The notes under the pieces: model-generated
Seen by the model: the letters and a program-made list of their open reading frames with translations, nothing else
Database searches by the model: none
Told to the model about the DNA's origin: nothing
Position numbers and translations under genes: made by a program
Part shown: one piece after another, positions 1 through 9,055 of the stretch
Position numbering within the stretch: the stretch's first letter is position 1
How the letters are laid out: each line of letters begins with the position of its first letter
Source: Longimicrobiales bacterium
Lineage (GTDB): Bacteria > Gemmatimonadota > Gemmatimonadetes > Longimicrobiales > Gaopeijiaceae
Reading direction: 5' to 3'
DNA length: 64,000 nt
NCBI GenBank assembly: GCA_965116905.1
Contig: OZ220732.1
Coordinates: 1,152,001 to 1,216,000 of the forward strand

Positions 1-2847
1 CTGGCCAACAACGTAGGCCGGTACCTGCTCCAGAACGTGCCCGCGGGCACGCACACGATGCAGGTGCAGTACATCGGCTACTCGGCGTCCAGCATGGACG
101 TGACCGTCACCGCGGGCGGCGCCGTGATCCAGGACTTCGAACTGCGCTCGGAGGCGATCAGCCTTGAAGGCGTGGTGGTCACGGGCACCGCGGGCGCGGC
201 CAGAAGGCGCGAGATCGGCAACTCGGTCAGCCAGATCAACGAGGAGGCGTTCCAATCGTCACCGATCCAGAACGTGGCCGACATCCTGCAGGGCCGTGCG
301 TTGGGCGTGACCGTCCTGACCAACGGCGGACAGGTGGGCGCCGGGTCGACGATCAAGCTGCGCGGCAACAACTCGGTGTCGTTCAGCAACTCGCCGCTCG
401 TCTACGTAGACGGCGTGCGGATTCGCGAACGCGGAGTGATCCATTCCGACGAGGCCAACCAGCAGACCAACCCCTTTGACGACATCAATCCGGCCGATAT
501 CGAGCGGATCGAGACGATCAAGGGCGCGGCGGCGACGACCCTGTACGGGACCGAGGCCGCCGGCGGCGTGATTCAGATCTTCACCAAGCGTGGAGTCGCC
601 GGAGCCCCTGCGTGGTCGCTTACCGTCGACCAGGGTCTCAACACCCTGGGTCACATCGGGCCTGATCCGGACGTCAATCCCACCGGGCTGGGGTTGAACA
701 ACTGCAACTTTACCGGCGACGCCAACTTCCCTGGCGGTGACCCTCAGTTCCCTGCGGATCCGAGCTGTCCCGCGAGCGGCTCCTGGCTGAAGGACGGAAC
801 GCTGCAGAGCTACAACCTGTCGGTTCGCGGCGGCGCGGAGCGCATGAACTACTTCGTGTCCGCGAAGTGGGGCGCCGAGTCGGGCGTCTTCGACACCGGC
901 TTCGACGCCAACGACGTGAAGCGTCCGGAGCAAGGCCAGGAGACCTGGAACATCCGGGGCAACTTCTCGTTCGCTCCTGCCGAGGACCTGGACATCCGCT
1001 TCAACAGCTTCTACGCGCACCGCAACGTCACGTGGGTGCCGGACGGCAACAACGCCGAGGGACTGCTCCTCAACGTCTTCCGCGGCGGTGCCGACTACAC
1101 CAACGACGAGGACGGCAAGCTCCTCGACATGGACATCACCAACATCAACGACCACTTCACAAGCGGCGTGAACCTCCTGTGGAACCCCACGGAAGGGATG
1201 AACCACCGCTTGAACGCCGGGATCGACTGGGTCCGCAACGAGTATTTCGAGGAACGGCCGTGGGGGTATTTCTACGTCCAGGGCGGCAATCGGGAAACCG
1301 ATGAGCGGACCTTCCGGAAGCTCACGCTGGACTACGCCGGCACCATGGACCGGACCTTCTTCGGTCTCTCGTCGTCGACCTCGCTCGGAGGCCAGCTCTA
1401 CAACGACTTCGTGACCGGCACCAACGGCTTCGGCGACGACTTCGCCGGACCTGGCGCAAAGATCCTGCAATCCGGAGCGATCACCCAGGCCTTCGAGGTC
1501 AACAGCACCGTGACGAGCGGCGGCTTCTTCCTGCAGGAGATCATCGGGATCGCCGACCGGTTGTTCCTGACGGGTGGGGTGCGCGTGGACGGCCACTCCG
1601 CGTTCGGGCAGGACTTCGGCCTGGAGATCTACCCAAAGGGTCAGTTCTCCTACGTCCTCTCCGATGAGAGCTTCTTCCCGTCGAGCTTCGGCACCCTGAA
1701 GCTGCGTGGCGCCTTCGGCGACTCCGGCAAAGCGCCGGGTCTCTTCGACGCGGCCCGTACCTGGGCATCGGTGGCGGGCGACAACGGACAGCCCGGCGTC
1801 ACGCCCGACAACCTGGGCAATCCGCTTCTGGGTCCCGAACGCACGCGCGAATGGGAGCTGGGCTTCGAAGGGTCCACGCTGGACGGCAGGGTCGGCTTCG
1901 AATACCAGTATTTCAAGCAGAACACCTACGATGCGCTGATCCCGGTCACGCAGCTCCCGTCGGGTGGATTCGTCGGCAACCAGCTCGAAAACGTCGGCGA
2001 GGTGAGCAACGCGGGCCACGAGGCATTCGTGAATCTGAATGTGCTCTCCTCAAGCACACTCGGATGGGATATCGGCTTGCGGCTGTCCACGAGCGAGTCC
2101 CGGGTGATTGACCTGGGGGATCTGGAGAGCATCTCCGTCGGTTGGCGCAACTATGTGCGGGCACCCGTGGAGTGCACGTCCGAGCTGTCCAACGGCGTAT
2201 CCTTCGACGGCAACGGCTTCATTGGCCAGGGCTGCACGGTCGGAGACCTCGTGTACTACCCGCTTCCGGCCTTCTGCGAGGATCGTGTCCAGAACCCGGA
2301 CGAGGTGGGCGCAGCCCCTCGTTACGTCGATCAGTGCGTGGGGACGACCACGCCCAAGTACACGTATGGAATCAGCACCACCATGACGCTTTCCCAGCGC
2401 CTGACGCTCGACGTCGTGGGCGAGGGGATGGGTGGACACTGGCTGTCGTCCGGAACCGCCTACCAGAACACCCGGCGGCGCGTGTGGCCCCTGTGCCGCG
2501 ACACCGTGGCAGCCATCGCGGAAGGGCGGACAAGCCAGTTGACCGCTGGCGAGCGTGCCCTGTGCGACCGCTCGGTCGTGCGCTACGGCATGTGGACCCA
2601 GCCGGCCGACTTCTTCAAGATCCGCTCGGCGTCGCTCAGCTTCCGGGTGCCCGAGGGCTTCCTCCCGGGTCAGGTGCGGTCGGCGACGATTCGCCTGCAA
2701 GGACGGAACCTGTTCACCCGGACCGATTTCGAGGGCATCGACCCCGAGGCCTTCGAGGACGGATCCGCCGAAGTGCTCTTCCGTCAGGAGTACTACAACC
2801 TGCCGCCGATCCGCAGCTTCCTGCTGTCGGTCAAGGTCGACTTCTAA
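1..2847 (+). CDS. SusC/RagA-like TonB-dependent outer membrane transporter (5' truncated by window edge)
   Basis: Frame open from base 1; TonB-box-like LEGVVVTG, plug signature DINPADIERIETIKGAAATTLYGTEAAGGVIQIFTKRG, C-terminal Phe (VKVDF). Confidence 0.93.
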   Translation: MANNVGRYLLQNVPAGTHTMQVQYIGYSASSMDVTVTAGGAVIQDFELRSEAISLEGVVVTGTAGAARRREIGNSVSQINEEAFQSSPIQNVADILQGRALGVTVLTNGGQVGAGSTIKLRGNNSVSFSNSPLVYVDGVRIRERGVIHSDEANQQTNPFDDINPADIERIETIKGAAATTLYGTEAAGGVIQIFTKRGVAGAPAWSLTVDQGLNTLGHIGPDPDVNPTGLGLNNCNFTGDANFPGGDPQFPADPSCPASGSWLKDGTLQSYNLSVRGGAERMNYFVSAKWGAESGVFDTGFDANDVKRPEQGQETWNIRGNFSFAPAEDLDIRFNSFYAHRNVTWVPDGNNAEGLLLNVFRGGADYTNDEDGKLLDMDITNINDHFTSGVNLLWNPTEGMNHRLNAGIDWVRNEYFEERPWGYFYVQGGNRETDERTFRKLTLDYAGTMDRTFFGLSSSTSLGGQLYNDFVTGTNGFGDDFAGPGAKILQSGAITQAFEVNSTVTSGGFFLQEIIGIADRLFLTGGVRVDGHSAFGQDFGLEIYPKGQFSYVLSDESFFPSSFGTLKLRGAFGDSGKAPGLFDAARTWASVAGDNGQPGVTPDNLGNPLLGPERTREWELGFEGSTLDGRVGFEYQYFKQNTYDALIPVTQLPSGGFVGNQLENVGEVSNAGHEAFVNLNVLSSSTLGWDIGLRLSTSESRVIDLGDLESISVGWRNYVRAPVECTSELSNGVSFDGNGFIGQGCTVGDLVYYPLPAFCEDRVQNPDEVGAAPRYVDQCVGTTTPKYTYGISTTMTLSQRLTLDVVGEGMGGHWLSSGTAYQNTRRRVWPLCRDTVAAIAEGRTSQLTAGERALCDRSVVRYGMWTQPADFFKIRSASLSFRVPEGFLPGQVRSATIRLQGRNLFTRTDFEGIDPEAFEDGSAEVLFRQEYYNLPPIRSFLLSVKVDF

Positions 2848-2864
2848 CGGAGAGGATGCAGATC

Positions 2865-4220
2865 ATGAAAACGATGAATTCACGCCGGGTGTTCCTGGGC
2901 GCGCTGTTCGTGGCGCTCGCGACGACCGGCTGCGACGAGAGCATCTTCGACGTCAAGAACCCCGGCCGGATCCTGGACGACGATCTGAACACGGCGGCGG
3001 GCGTCAAGTCGCTGGTTACCGGAATGTCGGCCGACTTCTCGGTGGGCTATGACAATCTCTCTTTCACGACCGCCATTCTTTCCGACGAGATTGTCGGGTC
3101 GGGGAGCTATTTCTCCACGGGCCGCTACCGCAGGGGGCTCTTCGATTCCGAGGACGCGAACGGGTTCTGGGCGTCCGTCCAGCGGGCACGCTGGGTGGCT
3201 GAGGCCGGACTCCTGCGCATGCAGGCTATCGAAGGCTACCAATACGACGGCAACCAGGAGACGGCTCGCGCCCACCTCTTCGGCGGACTCGCCAACCGCT
3301 GGTTCGGCGAGAACTTCTGCCAGACGGTGTTCAGCGCGCCCTACGACCAGGAAAACCCGGGTCCGGGCGGTGAGGTCGACACCGGAGACGCCATGGATCG
3401 CAACGCGGCGTTCCAGCGCGCGATCGCGTTGCTGGAGCGTGCCGCCCAGCACGGTGGCTCGGCCGGACGATCCGACATTGTAAACGCCGCAGAGGGTGGC
3501 TTGGCGCAGGTGTACGTGGGCATGGGCGACTTCAACAGTGCGGCTGCGCGTGCCGCCAAAGTGCCGACGGACTTCGTGTTCGCCGCCGCGTACTCTTCCA
3601 ATTCGGGCCGGGAAACGAGCCAGATCTGGAACGAGACGCACGGACGCCACGAGATCTCCGCCTGGGGGACGCTCGCGGGCATCGTGGGTGCCGGTGACCC
3701 GCGCACGCCGTGGACCGACTGTTCGGCTCCTGGAAGCGGCTGCGCCAGCGGCAACGGAGCCGATGGAGAGACGATCCACTTCAGGCAGGACAAGTACCCG
3801 ACCCGCGACGATGATATTCCGCTCGTCAAGGGCACGGAAATGCGCCTGATTGAGGCTGAGGCGGCGTTGATGGCCGGAGATCTCGCAACCGCAATGGCCA
3901 AGATCAACGAGGTGCGCGCGTATCATGGACTGGACGCGGTCGAGTCCGACGGTACGATCGGCCAGATCACCGGCGGCGACGGCGGGGGGGCCAACTTCAC
4001 CTCCATGTCGGGCTGGGACATCCTTGACCGCGAGCGGCACCTGACGCTCTGGCTCGAGGGCCGGCGTCTGTGGGACCTGCACCGTTGGGACCATCCGCAC
4101 CTGGATGGTGGCGGTGTGGTCTACAAGGCGACGGTCGCGCGCCGGGCGTCGTGCATGCCGATTGCCCTGGACGAGTGCCAGGTGAACGAAAAGGTCTCCA
4201 GCCTGTGCATCAGCGTGTAG
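2865..4220 (+). CDS. SusD/RagB-like lipoprotein
   Basis: GGAGAGG RBS at 2849-2855; lipobox TTGC; SusD C-terminal motifs EMRLIEAEA and ERHLTLWLEGRRLWDLHR; directly follows SusC. Alternative start at 2856. Confidence 0.9.
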   Translation: MKTMNSRRVFLGALFVALATTGCDESIFDVKNPGRILDDDLNTAAGVKSLVTGMSADFSVGYDNLSFTTAILSDEIVGSGSYFSTGRYRRGLFDSEDANGFWASVQRARWVAEAGLLRMQAIEGYQYDGNQETARAHLFGGLANRWFGENFCQTVFSAPYDQENPGPGGEVDTGDAMDRNAAFQRAIALLERAAQHGGSAGRSDIVNAAEGGLAQVYVGMGDFNSAAARAAKVPTDFVFAAAYSSNSGRETSQIWNETHGRHEISAWGTLAGIVGAGDPRTPWTDCSAPGSGCASGNGADGETIHFRQDKYPTRDDDIPLVKGTEMRLIEAEAALMAGDLATAMAKINEVRAYHGLDAVESDGTIGQITGGDGGGANFTSMSGWDILDRERHLTLWLEGRRLWDLHRWDHPHLDGGGVVYKATVARRASCMPIALDECQVNEKVSSLCISV

Positions 4221-4241
4221 GCGAGGGATAAGGACCTTCGG

Positions 4242-5126
4242 ATGGACGGAACCGCCTCTCGGAGCAGGTTGCCCGGGGGGCGGTTCCGCGCTTCAGCGGT
4301 GTTTTGCCGCTGGGTAGTTGCGGGGGTGCTGGCGACCAGCGTCGCCAGCACCCCCGTCCCCGCTTCGGCGCAGATCCGGGTGGAAGGCGAAATCCTCGAC
4401 GCGGTGACCGACCTGCCCGTCTCCGGGGTGATCATCCACCTGCCAGATCTCAACCTGGGCACGATATCGGACGAGTTCGGCTACTTCATGCTCGATGCGA
4501 TCCCCCGCGGTGTCCAGGTCGTCTCGGCCCACCGCACAGGCTACGAAGCGATCGAACAGGAGGTGCGCGTCGTGCCCGGCGAGGTCTGGGAGGTCCGCCT
4601 CACCCCGGCGGCGATTCCGGTACGGGGAATTGAGGTTACGGCCGCGACGAGCCAGGAACTCGAAGCCGCGCGCACGGGACGCCGCTCGGACTTCATTTCG
4701 CCGTCCACCGTGGCCGAGGCGGCGGAGCGGACCAACAAGGTGCTGGAGGTGCTGAGGTCGAAGGCGCCGCCGCGACTGCGAATCCGTCAGGAGGGGGGTA
4801 TCGGCGGCGTAACCTTCTGCATCGAGTCCTCGAGGCGCCGTCCGTCGGTGCAGGAACTATTCGACGCCGGCGATGGGTGTCGTCCAACGCTACTGGCACT
4901 CGATGGCGTGATCGTCTACTCGCCGTCGCCGATGACGCTGACCGGCATGCAGGCGCCGAGTCTGCCTTCTGACGTTGCCGCGATGCTGCTCAACCAGAAT
5001 CCGCAGGAAATCCGCAGCATCCGTGTCCTGTCGCCGGCGGATGCGTTCTTCCGGTATGGAGAGGCGGGCCGCTCCGGCGCGGTCGAGATCGTTACCGTGC
5101 ATCCGGGCAGGCCCAAGGGCAGTTGA
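4242..5126 (+). CDS. Secreted protein: carboxypeptidase-regulatory-like domain plus TonB plug-like domain, no barrel
   Basis: Signal ending ASA-Q; GEILDAVTDLPVSGV...SDEFGYF domain; C-terminal NPQEIRSIRVL...YGEAGRSGAVEIVT plug-like motif. Confidence 0.75.
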   Translation: MDGTASRSRLPGGRFRASAVFCRWVVAGVLATSVASTPVPASAQIRVEGEILDAVTDLPVSGVIIHLPDLNLGTISDEFGYFMLDAIPRGVQVVSAHRTGYEAIEQEVRVVPGEVWEVRLTPAAIPVRGIEVTAATSQELEAARTGRRSDFISPSTVAEAAERTNKVLEVLRSKAPPRLRIRQEGGIGGVTFCIESSRRRPSVQELFDAGDGCRPTLLALDGVIVYSPSPMTLTGMQAPSLPSDVAAMLLNQNPQEIRSIRVLSPADAFFRYGEAGRSGAVEIVTVHPGRPKGS

Positions 5127-6682
5127 TGCGTCCCGTCGTCGGGATGCGGCCCCTGCTCCTACCGTCTGCCGCGGCAGCGGGGATGGCGGCGTTTCTGCTG
5201 CACCCCGGAGTGCGCGGCGAACCGGCGGCGTTCTGGACGGTTGCCGCGGCGGTGGTCGGGATCCTCGTCTGGACGGGGTGGCTCTTCGCGTCGCGGCGGG
5301 AGCGCGGCGAGGACCTCACCCTGGAATTCGTCCTTCGCACGCCCCACTGGATGCAGACCCTGGCGCAGGGAGCGCTGCTGGTCTGGTGGGGCACGTTCGT
5401 GGACATGGTGCGGCTATGGGCGCCGATGATCCTCGCGCAGTTGCTGCTGGCGGTGGCTGTGGAGGGACTCTTCGCGCTGACGCGAAGGGGTCGGTACACG
5501 GCCGGGTTGGGCGTAGTGCCGGTGATCTTCAGCGTCAACCTCTTCCTGTGGTTCACGGGGCCCTGGTTCTTCTTCCAGTTCGCGATGGTGTTCCTTGTCT
5601 ACGCGGGCAAGGAGTTCATCCGCTGGCAGATGGACGGGCACTCGCGGCACATCTTCAACCCGTCGGCGCTGGCGCTGTCGGTGGCGGCCGTGCTGTTGAT
5701 CGCGACCGGATCGACCGAAATCACACGCGGGATCGAGATCGCACAGAGCCAGTTCATCCCGCCTCAGATGTTCCTGGTGATCTTCCTGGCTGCCGTTCCC
5801 GCCCAGTTGCTCTTCGGCGTGGCGATGATGACGATGCCGGCGGTACTCACCATCCTCGGCTTCGGCCTGCTCTACCAGTCCGTGACCGGCATCTACTTCT
5901 TCTACGACGCCTACATCCCCGTGTCGGTCTTCCTGGGCCTGCACCTGCTCTTCACCGATCCGGCGACCTCGCCTCGTTCGGATGGCGGACGGATCCTGTT
6001 CGGGCTCATCTACGGCACGGGTGTGATCACGAGTGCCGCAATGCTCGACGCCATCGGCGCACCGAACTTTTACGACAAGCTGCTGCCAGTGCCGATCCTG
6101 AACGTGCTCGCGCCGCGGCTGGATCGCGCGGCCAACGCGCTCGGCGAGAAGCTGAGGATGTTGGGCAGGCTGCAAACGCCGGGAGGCGCGCGTCGCCGCG
6201 TGGCCACCGTGGCATTGTGGGGCACGACCTTTGCGACCATGAGCGCCGCGGGCGGCGTCGGCGACAACCACCCCGGCCAGTATTACCCCTTCTGGCGCGA
6301 CGCCTGCGAGGTCGGCAGCGACCGGGCGTGCAACTACTCCGGGGTCATGCTGCAGAACTTCTGCGACCAGGGCTCCGGGTGGGGTTGCAACGAATTCGGC
6401 GTGCTGCTCGTGGCGTTGGATCGCGACTTCCTCGGCGCGGCACGTGAGTTTGAGCAGTCATGCCGGCTGGAATACGGGCCAGCGTGCGGCAACCTGCAGA
6501 TGCTGGCCAGCGGGGACGAGCGGCTGGCGCAGGGCGCGGCGGCGTTCGCGCGCGGGGATCCGCCGCCTGCCGAGTTGCCGATCGTGCTGATGGGTAGCAA
6601 GGGACCGATCACCGAGCGCGATCCGGCGGCGCTGCGGGCGCTGGGCTGCGAGCGGGGTTGGCGGGAGTTGGGATGTAGCTGA
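5126..6682 (+). CDS. RnfD/NqrB (UnbU-like) polytopic membrane protein with C-terminal Cys-rich Sel1-like repeats, copy 1
   Basis: Many TM helices; HIFNPSA and FTDPATSP motifs; three C-x7-C and one C-x8-C units. ATG overlaps the upstream TGA; alternative start 5144 matches the paralogue's N-terminus. Confidence 0.75.
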   Translation: MRPVVGMRPLLLPSAAAAGMAAFLLHPGVRGEPAAFWTVAAAVVGILVWTGWLFASRRERGEDLTLEFVLRTPHWMQTLAQGALLVWWGTFVDMVRLWAPMILAQLLLAVAVEGLFALTRRGRYTAGLGVVPVIFSVNLFLWFTGPWFFFQFAMVFLVYAGKEFIRWQMDGHSRHIFNPSALALSVAAVLLIATGSTEITRGIEIAQSQFIPPQMFLVIFLAAVPAQLLFGVAMMTMPAVLTILGFGLLYQSVTGIYFFYDAYIPVSVFLGLHLLFTDPATSPRSDGGRILFGLIYGTGVITSAAMLDAIGAPNFYDKLLPVPILNVLAPRLDRAANALGEKLRMLGRLQTPGGARRRVATVALWGTTFATMSAAGGVGDNHPGQYYPFWRDACEVGSDRACNYSGVMLQNFCDQGSGWGCNEFGVLLVALDRDFLGAAREFEQSCRLEYGPACGNLQMLASGDERLAQGAAAFARGDPPPAELPIVLMGSKGPITERDPAALRALGCERGWRELGCS

Positions 6683-6683
6683 G

Positions 6684-8222
6684 ATGCGCCCCCTCCTGCT
6701 GCCCGGCGCCGCTGCCGGGGTCCTTGCCGCCTATCTGTTCATTCCGGGGGTGCGGGCCACGCCGGGCCTTTTCTGGGCATTTGCGGGGGCGTCGGCAGGT
6801 GTTTTGGCGTGGACGGGCTGGCTCGCGATCTCGCGACATCGTTCCGGAGAGCCTCTTGAGCTCGACTTCCTGGCCATCCGGCCTCACTGGGTCCAGCTCC
6901 TGGCGCAGGGAACGGTCCTGGCATGGTGGGGATGGTTCGTGCCCGCGGTATACGAGTTCGCGCCCTTCATCCTCGCGCAGCTTGTGCTCGCGGTGGCCCT
7001 CGAAGCGCTCTTCAGCTGGACCCGGCGCGGTCGGCACACCCTGGGGTTCGGGCCCGTGCCGGTGGTCTTCAGCCTCAACCTCTTCCTGTGGTTCCACCTG
7101 GACTGGTTCTTCCTCCAGCTGGCGATGGTGGTGCTGGTCTATGTCGGCAAGGAGTTCATTCAGTGGCGGGTCGGGGGCCGCTCGCGCCACATCTTCAACC
7201 CGTCGGCGTTCGCGCTGGCGGTGGCGTCGCTGGCGCTGATCGCCACGGGCACGACCGGGATCACGCTGGGCGTCGAGATCGCGCAGTCGCAGTTCGTGCC
7301 GCCGTTCATCTTCCTGGTGATCTTCCTCGCGGCCCTGCCGGGGCAACTGCTCTTCGGTGTCGCTACGATGACGATGCCCGCGGTGCTCACCATCTGGGGC
7401 TTCAGCGCCGCGTATTTCGCGGTCACCGGCGAGTACTTCTTCTACGATGCGTACATCCCGATCGCGGTGTTTCTGGGGCTGCACCTGCTGTTTACCGATC
7501 CGGCCACGTCGCCGAGGTCGGAGTTGGGCCGCGTCCTGTTTGCCGTGCTATACGGCACCGGAGTCGTCGCCAGCGTCTTTGCGCTGAACGCGGTGGGCGC
7601 GCCGCCGTTCTACGACAAGCTGCTCCCCGTGCCGATTCTGAACCTGCTGGCGCCGACGCTGGATCGAGCGGCCGATGCGCTCGCGCCACGACTTGGAGTT
7701 GCCTGGGCGGCCGCGAAGGGTGCGGTGCCCACGCGGCGCCGATTGGCAACGGTGGGGCTCTGGGCCGCGGTTTTCGCCACTCTGAGCCTCACCGGGGCGC
7801 TCGGCGACAACCACCCCGGCCAGTACTACCCCTTCTGGCGCGACGCATGCGAGGCGGGCAGCGTGCGGGCGTGCGACTACACGGGCGTCATGCAGCAGAG
7901 CTTCTGCGACCGCGGATCCGGGTGGGCCTGCAACGAATTCGGCATCCTGATGGCCGAGACGGATCGGGATTTTCGCGGCGCGGCGGGTGAGTTCGATCGT
8001 GCTTGTGGGCTTGGGTTCGCACCGGGGTGCGCGAATCTTCGGATGCTGGCGACCGGCGACGAGAGTCTGGCCCGGCCCGGCGCGCTCCAGCGGGACCGCC
8101 CACCGCCCGGCGAACTGCCCATCGTGCTGCGGGGCAGCAAAGGGCCCGTCACCGAGCGCGATCCGGAGGCGCTCAGAGCGCTGGGGTGCGAGCGGGGGTG
8201 GCGGGAGCTGGGGTGTCCGTGA
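6684..8222 (+). CDS. RnfD/NqrB (UnbU-like) membrane protein with Sel1-like repeats, copy 2
   Basis: Colinear paralogue of 5126-6682 (shared HIFNPSA, FLGLHLLFTDPATSPRS, GDNHPGQYYPFWRDACE, ALRALGCERGWRELGC). Confidence 0.75.
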   Translation: MRPLLLPGAAAGVLAAYLFIPGVRATPGLFWAFAGASAGVLAWTGWLAISRHRSGEPLELDFLAIRPHWVQLLAQGTVLAWWGWFVPAVYEFAPFILAQLVLAVALEALFSWTRRGRHTLGFGPVPVVFSLNLFLWFHLDWFFLQLAMVVLVYVGKEFIQWRVGGRSRHIFNPSAFALAVASLALIATGTTGITLGVEIAQSQFVPPFIFLVIFLAALPGQLLFGVATMTMPAVLTIWGFSAAYFAVTGEYFFYDAYIPIAVFLGLHLLFTDPATSPRSELGRVLFAVLYGTGVVASVFALNAVGAPPFYDKLLPVPILNLLAPTLDRAADALAPRLGVAWAAAKGAVPTRRRLATVGLWAAVFATLSLTGALGDNHPGQYYPFWRDACEAGSVRACDYTGVMQQSFCDRGSGWACNEFGILMAETDRDFRGAAGEFDRACGLGFAPGCANLRMLATGDESLARPGALQRDRPPPGELPIVLRGSKGPVTERDPEALRALGCERGWRELGCP

Positions 8223-9055
8223 TTCGTGAAAGGTGGGGGTTCCGGTGCATTCCAGGGGTGACGGTCGCGGCCACACTTCCGGTGTTAGCCGTCTGCGACC
8301 AACGGAATCCACCCTCTCCCTGCACGACGCCGTCACAAACCGTTGACGTAGGCCACTCCGTCACTTTCGTCCCGTGCTTTTCCGATCCGGATGGTGACCC
8401 CCTGACCCTCAGCGCGGCAGTCACAGCCCCGTCTCTTGCCACCGTGTCGGTCGAGGGTCTGGAAGTGACCGTTTACGGACTGCTTGCGGGCGACCTCTTC
8501 GTCGCGGTGACTGCGACAGACCCCGACGGCCTGTTTGCGGTTCAGGAGATCCAGGTGACGGTCAAGGGTGCCTTGGCGGACGTTGTGATCCCCGAGGCAT
8601 CACCGGACTCGCAAACCGTGGCCCAGGGCGGTGAAGCCTCTTTCACCTTCGTGGCCCACAATCAGGGCGAAGCCGATGCCGGGGTCACCTTCTTCGTGCT
8701 GCGTGTTTCCGGCGACTCGGTCATCACGCCCAGCGACCGCGTCCGTCAGATGCACTCCTTCCGACTGCCGACGTTTCCGCCACGAGACAGTGCTTTCCTG
8801 AATCTGGTCGTCAGGGACTGGCCGGAGCCCGCAGGTCCCGCGTACTTCGGCCTGTGCGCCGACCCGGAGTTCCCGGAATCCAATGCGCTCAACAACTGTT
8901 CCCGGGGGTTGAAGGTGACTACGACAGCGACGGCTGTGCCGGGCGACCGCTACCCCTTCGGCTGGTCCCCCTGCAACTCCAGGATGTCCACGTTCCACTG
9001 GCTGTCGCCGAGCAGGTGCTTCACGAAGTACTCCGCGCGGAGCCAGAACCAGTAG
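8219..9055 (+). CDS. Putative surface protein with Ig/cadherin-like and CARDB-like domains; possibly degenerate
   Basis: GTG overlaps the upstream TGA (GTGA); FSDPDGDPLTLSA...VTATDPDGL Ig-like motif; NQG...ESNALNNCS CARDB-like end; 3' end overlaps the opposite gene by 106 bp. Confidence 0.55.
   Translation: MIRERWGFRCIPGVTVAATLPVLAVCDQRNPPSPCTTPSQTVDVGHSVTFVPCFSDPDGDPLTLSAAVTAPSLATVSVEGLEVTVYGLLAGDLFVAVTATDPDGLFAVQEIQVTVKGALADVVIPEASPDSQTVAQGGEASFTFVAHNQGEADAGVTFFVLRVSGDSVITPSDRVRQMHSFRLPTFPPRDSAFLNLVVRDWPEPAGPAYFGLCADPEFPESNALNNCSRGLKVTTTATAVPGDRYPFGWSPCNSRMSTFHWLSPSRCFTKYSARSQNQ

Noticed and set aside
2142..2864. N-terminal extension of the 692-aa ORF (similar extensions at 21491, 29809-31410, 50312)
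   Set aside because: Overlaps the upstream gene; RBS and signal peptides place the true starts downstream.
5126..8222. Rnf or Na+-NQR operon
   Set aside because: No other subunits are present and the proteins carry a non-canonical Sel1-like tail.
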